From: Burkholderiaceae bacterium
GTDB lineage: Bacteria > Pseudomonadota > Gammaproteobacteria > Burkholderiales > Burkholderiaceae_C
Direction: 5' to 3'
DNA length: 64,000 nt
NCBI GenBank assembly: GCA_014879655.1
Contig: JACSRS010000102.1
Location: 1,617 to 65,616 of the forward strand
Under the pieces are notes generated by a model. It was not told where the DNA came from. It searched no databases and worked only from the letters and a program-made list of their open reading frames with translations. Below are positions 58,358 through 64,000 of this stretch, piece by piece. Position numbers and translations under genes: made by a program. Numbering within the stretch: position 1 is the stretch's first letter; each line of letters begins with the position of its first letter.

Positions 58358-59161
58358 ATGAAACGAGGAAACGCATTGGTGCTGCTGGCGTTGGGCTGTC
58401 TGGCCGGCGGCACGGCGCTGGCCCAGAAGACGTCGATCCAGGCTATCGAGGAATATCGCGCCATGCTGCAGGACGGCAACCCTGCCGATCTTTATGAAGC
58501 CAAAGGCGAAGATCTCTGGAAGCAAAAACGCGGGCCGAAAAACGCCTCGCTGCAGCAATGCGATCTGGGCAAGGGCCCGGGTGTGGTCAAAGGTGCGTTT
58601 GTCGAATTGCCACGGTATTTTCCCGATACCCAGAAAGTGCAGGATCTGGAGTCCAGGCTGTTGACTTGCATGCAAACCCTGCAAGGTTTCAACGCGGCGG
58701 AAATCGCCAAGACCGGCTTCGGCCGAGGTGAAAAAGCCAACGTGACGGCGCTGGCCACCTGGATCGCCGCCGAATCGCGCGGCATGAAATTCAACCTGCC
58801 GCAAAACGACGTGCAGGAAAAGGACTTCTACGAGATCGGCAAACGGCTGTTTTTCCAGCGAGGTGGTCCGCACGATTTCTCATGCGCCTCGTGCCACGGT
58901 GAAGACGGCAAGCGCATCCGCCTGCAGGATCTTCCCAACCTCACGGTCAATCCTGGCGACGGTGTCGGTTTTGCGGCCTGGCCGGCCTATCGCGTGAGCA
59001 ACGGTCAGATGTGGAGCATGCAGCACCGCCTGAACGACTGCTACCGTCAGCAGCGTTTCCCTTATCCGGGTTTTGCCAGTGACGCCACGATTGCGCTGGG
59101 TGTGTACCTGGGCGTCAACAGCAAGGGCTCTGTGTCCATTGCCCCTGCTATCAAGCGCTGA
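58358..59161 (+). CDS. soxA: Monoheme SoxA subunit of the SoxAX cytochrome complex
   Basis: Signal peptide. Single CASCHG heme motif. Downstream LNDCYRQ contains the Cys expected as heme ligand. ATG 58358 after AGAGGTGA. Confidence 0.88.
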   Translation: MKRGNALVLLALGCLAGGTALAQKTSIQAIEEYRAMLQDGNPADLYEAKGEDLWKQKRGPKNASLQQCDLGKGPGVVKGAFVELPRYFPDTQKVQDLESRLLTCMQTLQGFNAAEIAKTGFGRGEKANVTALATWIAAESRGMKFNLPQNDVQEKDFYEIGKRLFFQRGGPHDFSCASCHGEDGKRIRLQDLPNLTVNPGDGVGFAAWPAYRVSNGQMWSMQHRLNDCYRQQRFPYPGFASDATIALGVYLGVNSKGSVSIAPAIKR

Positions 59162-59179
59162 TCAAACAGGAGAAACGAG

Positions 59180-59842
59180 ATGAAGAAGCAACACAAGATA
59201 TCGCTTTCCTTGCTTGCTGCGGCTGCAGTTGTCGCAGGTTGTGCCTCCACTGGCACGACGACCAGTTCGGCCGATCTGGACAAGAAGACGGCAGCTGTTG
59301 TCAAGTCGTCTTTCCGGGATCAGGGCATCGTCAAGACTTCTGTGCTGGATACGGACGAGACGCTCAAGGCCTGCAGCGCCGCCGATGTCGCCGGCAAGCC
59401 GCTGGACGAGAAAACCGCCAAGGCCATTGAGGCGACCAACCTCAAAACCATCAAGTGGCCCGCCGATGGCAAGTACCTGGGCAACTGGAAAGAAGGCGAA
59501 AAGCTCGCCCAGAGCGGTCGTGGCCTGACATGGACCGACAAGGCTGACACTCCCAACGGTGCCAATTGCTACAACTGCCACCAGATCAGCAAGGAAGAGA
59601 TCTCCTTCGGCACGATCGGCCCGAGCCTGTACAACTACGGCAAGATCCGCGGTGTGACCGACCCCAACAGCCCGGCATCGAAGGAAGTCGTGATGTACAC
59701 CTGGGGCAAGATCTGGAACTCCAAGGCCTACAACGCCTGCTCCAACATGCCGCGCGCCGGCCACATGGGCATCCTGACCGAAGCGCAGGTGGCTGACGTG
59801 GTGGCCCTGTTGCTCGATCCGAAGTCGCCGGTCAACCAGTAA
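59180..59842 (+). CDS. soxX: SoxX cytochrome subunit, long form with lipoprotein-type signal
   Basis: 220 aa. MKKQHKISLSLLAAAAVVAGC lipobox. CYNCHQ heme motif. C-terminal SoxX-like sequence NMPRAGHMGILT. Confidence 0.85.
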   Translation: MKKQHKISLSLLAAAAVVAGCASTGTTTSSADLDKKTAAVVKSSFRDQGIVKTSVLDTDETLKACSAADVAGKPLDEKTAKAIEATNLKTIKWPADGKYLGNWKEGEKLAQSGRGLTWTDKADTPNGANCYNCHQISKEEISFGTIGPSLYNYGKIRGVTDPNSPASKEVVMYTWGKIWNSKAYNACSNMPRAGHMGILTEAQVADVVALLLDPKSPVNQ

Positions 59843-59862
59843 GTTCGGAGCCCGCCTTGCTG

Positions 59863-59888
59863 AAAACCCGGCCGCGCCGGGTTTTCTT
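59863..59888 (+). terminator. Intrinsic terminator-like hairpin between soxX and soxB
   Basis: AAAACCCGGCCGCGCCGGGTTTTCTT: a 6-bp GC stem followed by a T-run. Confidence 0.5.
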
Positions 59889-59917
59889 CCGTTCAATAAA
59901 TCAGTGATTGCAGAATT

Positions 59918-61660
59918 ATGAATTTAACCAAACGCGAGTTCATGCAGGTGCTGGGTGCCGGCACGATGGCCGGCATGGGCCTGGGACGCTATGCCGAGGC
60001 CGAAGCCGCAGCAGCTGCCGGCGGCCTCTATGACATTGCCCGGTTCGGCAATGTGTCGTTTCTGCACATGACCGACTGCCATGCGCAACTGACGCCTATC
60101 TACTTCCGGGAGCCCAGCATCAATCTGGGACTCGGTTCGATGAAAGGCCAATTGCCACACCTGGTGGGCGAACATCTGCTGAAGTTCGCAAAGGTCCGGC
60201 CAGGCACGGCCGAAGCCCATGCCTTGACCTACCTGGACTACGAGAAGGCCGCCTTGCGTTATGGCAAGGTGGGCGGATTTGCGCACCTGTCCACGCTGGT
60301 CAAGCGGATGAAAGCCAGTCGCCCCGGCGCGCTGCTGCTCGATGGTGGCGACACCTGGCAGGGCTCCGGCACCTCGCTGTGGACCAACGGCCAGGACATG
60401 GTCGACGCCTGCAAGCTGCTGGGTGTGGACATCATGACCGGCCACTGGGAATTCACGCTGGGCATGGAACGGGTGAAAGAGATCATTGAAAAGGACTTCA
60501 AGGGAAAAATCGACTTTGTCGCCCAGAACGTCAAGACCAATGACTTCGGCGATCCCGTCTTTCCCCCCTATGTAATCCGCGAGATCAACGGTGTGCCCTG
60601 CGCCATCATCGGCCAGGCGTTCCCCTACACCCCTATTGCCAACCCGCGCTACATGGTGGCGGACTGGGCCTTTGGCATTCAGGACGAGAACATGCAGAAG
60701 ATGGTGGACGAGGCACGCGGCAAGGGCGCGCAGGTCGTCGTCGTCCTGAGTCATAACGGCATGGATGTGGATCTGAAGATGGCTTCGCGCGTCAGCGGCA
60801 TCGACGCCATCATGGGTGGTCACACACACGACGGCGTACCGGTGGCATCCATCGTGGTCAACAAGGGCGGCAAGACCATCGTCACGAACGCCGGTTCCAA
60901 CAGCAAGTTCCTGGGTGTGCTCGACTTCGAGGTCAAGGACAAGAAGGTCATGGATTTCCGCTACAAGCTGCTGCCGGTTTTTGCCAACATGCTGCCGGCT
61001 GATGCGGAAATGAATGCACTGATCACGAAGATCCGCGCGCCCTATGCGGCCAAGCTATCTGAAAAGCTGGCCGTCACCGAGGGCACGTTGTACCGACGCG
61101 GCAACTTCAACGGCACCGGCGACCAGTTGCTGCTGGACGCATTGATGGACGTGCAGGGCGCCGAAATCGCTTTCTCGCCGGGCTTTCGCTGGGGCACCAC
61201 ACTGCTGACCGGCCAGGCCATCACGCGCGAATGGCTGATGGACATGACCGCCACAACGTATTCCTATGCCACCGTGAGCGAAATGAGCGGCGAAACCATC
61301 AAGACCGTGCTGGAAGACGTCTGCGACAACCTGTTCAATCCCGACCCGTACTACCAGCAGGGCGGCGACATGGTGCGCGTGGGCGGTCTGCAGTACAGCT
61401 GCAACCCGATCGAGACCATGGGCAAGCGCATCACCGACATGCGGCTCAATGGCAAGCCCATCGAAGCGGGCAAGAAATACAAGGTGGCCGGATGGGCGCC
61501 GGTGGCCGAAGAAGCCAGGACTGCCGGCAATCCGCAGGTCTGGGATCTGGTCGAAACCTGGCTCAAGGCCAAGGGTGGCAAGGTGGGGCCGCGCAAGCTC
61601 AACACCCCGAAGATCACCGGTGGGCTGCCGAATCCTGGTTACGCCGCAACCGGGGGCTGA
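59918..61660 (+). CDS. soxB: Thiosulfohydrolase SoxB (dimanganese 5'-nucleotidase family)
   Basis: 580 aa. Tat signal TKREFMQVLGAGTMAG. FLHMTDCHAQL, LLDGGDTWQGS, GHWEF, LSHNGMDVD, MGGHTHD metallophosphoesterase motifs. Confidence 0.95.
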   Translation: MNLTKREFMQVLGAGTMAGMGLGRYAEAEAAAAAGGLYDIARFGNVSFLHMTDCHAQLTPIYFREPSINLGLGSMKGQLPHLVGEHLLKFAKVRPGTAEAHALTYLDYEKAALRYGKVGGFAHLSTLVKRMKASRPGALLLDGGDTWQGSGTSLWTNGQDMVDACKLLGVDIMTGHWEFTLGMERVKEIIEKDFKGKIDFVAQNVKTNDFGDPVFPPYVIREINGVPCAIIGQAFPYTPIANPRYMVADWAFGIQDENMQKMVDEARGKGAQVVVVLSHNGMDVDLKMASRVSGIDAIMGGHTHDGVPVASIVVNKGGKTIVTNAGSNSKFLGVLDFEVKDKKVMDFRYKLLPVFANMLPADAEMNALITKIRAPYAAKLSEKLAVTEGTLYRRGNFNGTGDQLLLDALMDVQGAEIAFSPGFRWGTTLLTGQAITREWLMDMTATTYSYATVSEMSGETIKTVLEDVCDNLFNPDPYYQQGGDMVRVGGLQYSCNPIETMGKRITDMRLNGKPIEAGKKYKVAGWAPVAEEARTAGNPQVWDLVETWLKAKGGKVGPRKLNTPKITGGLPNPGYAATGG

Positions 61661-61671
61661 GTCTCCGACAA

Positions 61672-61701
61672 GGTACCGGGTTTCGCCCCGGTGCCCTTTT
61701 C
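61672..61701 (+). terminator. Rho-independent terminator after soxB
   Basis: GGTACCGGG tttcgc CCCGGTGCC (9-bp stem with one G-U pair), followed by CTTTTCC. Confidence 0.6.
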
Positions 61702-61957
61702 CAGTGACCGGGTTGGCGGCGTACATCTTCAGCGCGGCCAGCACCGGTCTAGACCGGCAAGTGCGGTCTATTCACCCGTTTTTCAGCGACGGTGCAGTGA
61801 CCGAGAATGAGGGATCGCAACCCCAGGTACCGTCACAAGTGCCGCTGTTTCACGGACGCCGGACCTTCTGACGACACCCATGCAGGCGGAAAATTCCGCA
61901 ACATCAGCAGGCGGCTGGTTGTTGGAAGAAAACAGCGCGGGTTCCGTTTCGATTCCC

Positions 61958-62032
61958 TGGTACCACCGACAGGAATCGAACCTGTATCTGAGACTTAGGA
62001 GGTCCCCGTTCTATCCATTGAACTACGGCGGC
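61958..62032 (-). tRNA. tRNA-Arg (anticodon CCU)
   Basis: Reverse complement folds by hand into a cloverleaf: GCCGCCG-TA-GTTC-AATGGATA-GAAC-G-GGGAC-CTCCTAA-GTCTC-AGAT-ACAGG-TTCGATT-CCTGT-CGGTGGT-A-CCA. The acceptor stem has two G-U pairs. CCA is encoded. Confidence 0.85.
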
Positions 62033-62144
62033 AAGGGGCAAATTTTAGCCGCTAAATTTGCCGCTGCTATAGCGTATCTGTTCGCCGCTGTATCGCTGTA
62101 TCATTCAGCGAGTGATACCGAAAAGATACGGTATCACTTTCACA

Positions 62145-63209
62145 GTGGCATCCATCGTTCAAGTCAACGGCAAATGGCGGGCGCTGGTCCGGCGCAAGGG
62201 CCATCCATCATACTGTCAGACCTTCGCGGTCAAGGCGCAGGCGCAGGCATGGGCGCGGGGCATTGAGGCCGACATCGATCGTGGCCAGCCACTGGCGCCG
62301 CGCACGGTGATGGGCCGGGTGATACTGGTATCAGATCTGATCGACAAGTACCGCAAGCTGCGCGAGGCGTCGCGCCCGGTGCGCGATGTCACCAACGAGC
62401 ATTACATGCTCAAGGCCTTGGGGCGGCTGCTTGGGCCGCTGGACGTGACCAGGCTGCAACCAGCCGATCTGGTGGCCTACTGCGAGGCGCGCCGGTCCGA
62501 GGGCGCCGGGCCATACACCATCAACATGGACATTTCGAAGCTGGGCACCGTGCTGCGGCTGACCAGCGTTCACCTCAAGATCAATCTGCCTGACGTGGTG
62601 GGCCAGGCGCGGCCGCTGCTCAACCACATGGGCCTGATCGGTGGCGGCGGTCGGCGTGAGCGCCGGCCTACCGAGGATGAACTGGCGCGCCTGGTGCCGT
62701 GGCTGGCTGAAAACCGGGGGGCGATCTACGCCGACGTGGTGCGCTTTGCCGTGCTGACGGCGATGCGGCGCGGCGAGATCGTGCGGCTGCTGCGGGCCGA
62801 TCTGGACGCCTCAAAGCGCCTGGTGCTGGTGCGCGATCGCAAAGACCCCCGGCGCAAGGAAGGCAACGATCAGTGGGTGCCGCTGATCAACGGCGCGTGG
62901 GAGTTGGTGCAGGCGCAGCCCGCAGTTGATGAGCGCATCTTTCCGCTGCACGAGCAGACCACCAGCAAGTATTTCAGCGATGCGTGCAAGGCGCTGGACA
63001 TCCCGGATCTGCACTTTCACGATCTGCGGCACGATGGCATTTCGCGCCTGTTCGAGCAGGGCTTTGACATCCCCCGCGTGGCCATGGTGAGCGGCCACAA
63101 GTCGTGGACCCACCTCAAGCGCTACGTCAACCTGAAACCGGAAGACCTGCACCGTGGGCCTGGCGCGCCTGCTGACGCATCGCGTCCAGATACTCCGCCA
63201 CGTCCCTGA
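62145..63209 (+). CDS. int: Tyrosine-type site-specific integrase
   Basis: C-terminal catalytic residues: ...TAMRRGEI (Arg), HFHDLRHDGISRL (H-x-x-R), GHKSWTHLKRY (His...Tyr). Probable GTG start 62145 (MASIVQVNGKWRALVRRKG). Track start 62112 lies inside an inverted repeat. Confidence 0.88.
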   Translation: MASIVQVNGKWRALVRRKGHPSYCQTFAVKAQAQAWARGIEADIDRGQPLAPRTVMGRVILVSDLIDKYRKLREASRPVRDVTNEHYMLKALGRLLGPLDVTRLQPADLVAYCEARRSEGAGPYTINMDISKLGTVLRLTSVHLKINLPDVVGQARPLLNHMGLIGGGGRRERRPTEDELARLVPWLAENRGAIYADVVRFAVLTAMRRGEIVRLLRADLDASKRLVLVRDRKDPRRKEGNDQWVPLINGAWELVQAQPAVDERIFPLHEQTTSKYFSDACKALDIPDLHFHDLRHDGISRLFEQGFDIPRVAMVSGHKSWTHLKRYVNLKPEDLHRGPGAPADASRPDTPPRP

Positions 63210-63378
63210 CGTCGGCCCAGCGCTTTGCGCCGTCAATGTAGGTCGGGATCGGGAAGGTGCGCTCGCTGATCTTGCGCCGGATGTTGGGGGCCGTGGTGTC
63301 CAGGATGCCGGCCAGGTGGTCCAGGTCAACGCGCAGGCCGTGCTTTTCGATCAGCACCATTTGGGTCAGGATGCTCAT
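63127..63378 (-). CDS. PrtN-like / excisionase-like small DNA-binding protein
   Basis: MSILTQMVLIEKHGLRVDLDHLAGILDTTAPNIRRKISERTFPIPTYIDGAKRWADVRDVAEYLD resembles the pyocin-activator PrtN family as I remember it. Start at the internal ATG 63378, coupled (ATGA) to the upstream gene. Confidence 0.6.
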   Translation of the reverse strand: MSILTQMVLIEKHGLRVDLDHLAGILDTTAPNIRRKISERTFPIPTYIDGAKRWADVRDVAEYLDAMRQQARQAHGAGLPVSG

Positions 63379-63857
63379 GCCGCCTCCCTCACTTCCCCCG
63401 CCGCCCACACCCGCACGCGGCGCACCATCGCGGCGCTCTCTATGGCGGCTTGCTCGGCGATGCCGTGGCGGGCGATCTCGACCAGGGCGTCAAACACGTT
63501 GGCCGCCGCGCGTGCAATCAGCAGCTCGGGGCCGTTGAAGGCGACGCGGCCGGTGCGCACGTAGCGGTTGGCCACGCTCTCATAGATGCCGATCTGCTCG
63601 GCCACGGCTTCCAGGGCCTCGGGGGTGAATTCGGTGCCGTCTTGCGCCAGCAGCCGCATCATCTGGCTGTAGGTGGCGCCGGTCTCGACCCAGTCCCACA
63701 GGTCATCGGCAGTGGCGGTGCCGTTGACAAAGCGGTCGATCAAATCCCAGTGGATCAGCTTGCAGTCTATCTGCTGGTGCTGGCTGAGGCTGCCGCGCCA
63801 GAACTTGGGCAGCTGCTGGCGTTTGGCGCGGGCGGCGTTGCGGTGGGTGGTTTTCAT
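63375..63857 (-). CDS. Hypothetical phage/island protein
   Basis: 160 aa from ATG 63857 (MKTTHRNAARAKRQQLPKFW...). No recognisable motif. Translationally coupled on both sides. Confidence 0.45.
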   Translation of the reverse strand: MKTTHRNAARAKRQQLPKFWRGSLSQHQQIDCKLIHWDLIDRFVNGTATADDLWDWVETGATYSQMMRLLAQDGTEFTPEALEAVAEQIGIYESVANRYVRTGRVAFNGPELLIARAAANVFDALVEIARHGIAEQAAIESAAMVRRVRVWAAGEVREAA

Positions 63858-64000
63858 GCGGCCTCCATCATTCTGCGAATAAGCACGACAGCCGCCGCGC
63901 CAGCCTGCAGCGGTACAACGCCATTTCCGCAGCACTTGAGCCGGGCTGCTCGATTGGCGAAGTCCAGCCTGCCGGCCAGCCCATCAGGTGCTCCGTGAAG
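63854..64000 (-). CDS. C-terminal 48 codons of a possible DNA (cytosine-5) methyltransferase; gene starts beyond window end
   Basis: Own translation LHGAPDGLAGRLDFANRAARLKCCGNGVVPLQAGAAAVVLIRRMMEAA*. GNGVVP with a following hydrophobic helix resembles C5-MTase motif X (GNAVPP). Stop overlaps the next ATG. Confidence 0.4.
   Translation of the reverse strand, partial: LHGAPDGLAGRLDFANRAARLKCCGNGVVPLQAGAAAVVLIRRMMEAA

Larger units (their letters stand above)
62033..64000. mobile_element. Left edge of an integrative element / prophage next to tRNA-Arg (continues beyond window)
   Basis: Tyrosine integrase 80-110 nt from the tRNA, then a minus-strand operon of phage-type genes (MTase-like, hypothetical, PrtN-like) with ATGA-coupled overlaps. 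Confidence 0.6.

Overview
High-GC (about 65% by eye) proteobacterial chromosome segment. Gene order suggests Burkholderiales/Comamonadaceae, but that is inference and no search was run. 1-27 kb is housekeeping: a partial NuoL/DabB-like membrane subunit with a LysR regulator, dusB-fis, purH, hemL, a thiD-like gene, a rubredoxin followed by a Pil-Chp twitching-motility cluster (pilG-pilH-pilI-pilJ-chpA, chpA 2072 aa), photolyase, yqgE-ruvX-pyrR-pyrB-pyrC', plsC, and a divergently arranged ABC ATPase/permease pair. 27-62 kb is a lithotrophy supercluster. It holds an ArsR/SoxR-like regulator, flavocytochrome c sulfide dehydrogenase (fccAB/soxEF-like), cytochrome c4, YeeE/YedE, two SoxH-like MBL hydrolases, a SoxS-like thioredoxin and an orphan ParA. 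It also holds a complete NAD-reducing soluble [NiFe] hydrogenase (hoxFUYHW) with hypABFCDE, then dgoKA, DUF2917, a wHTH-STAND regulator, a cbbY-like phosphatase, a cytochrome c and soxCDYZAXB. The sulfur part is interrupted at 33.1-35.7 kb by a low-GC insertion. This insertion is bracketed by a duplicated MBL-gene 3' end and carries a Tat-lipoprotein NHL propeller and a protein made of three tandem phage tail-collar domains. It is the best candidate for something undescribed. At 62-64 kb, tRNA-Arg(CCU) is followed by a tyrosine integrase, a PrtN-like small regulator, a hypothetical gene and a partial C5-methyltransferase-like gene, which looks like the edge of an integrative element or prophage. 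A roughly 90-nt repeat family sits immediately 3' of four unrelated genes. No rRNA, CRISPR array or transposase was seen. All calls come from reading the translations and the DNA by eye. Start codons are often ambiguous in this GC-rich DNA, and many long antisense ORFs in the track are artefacts.
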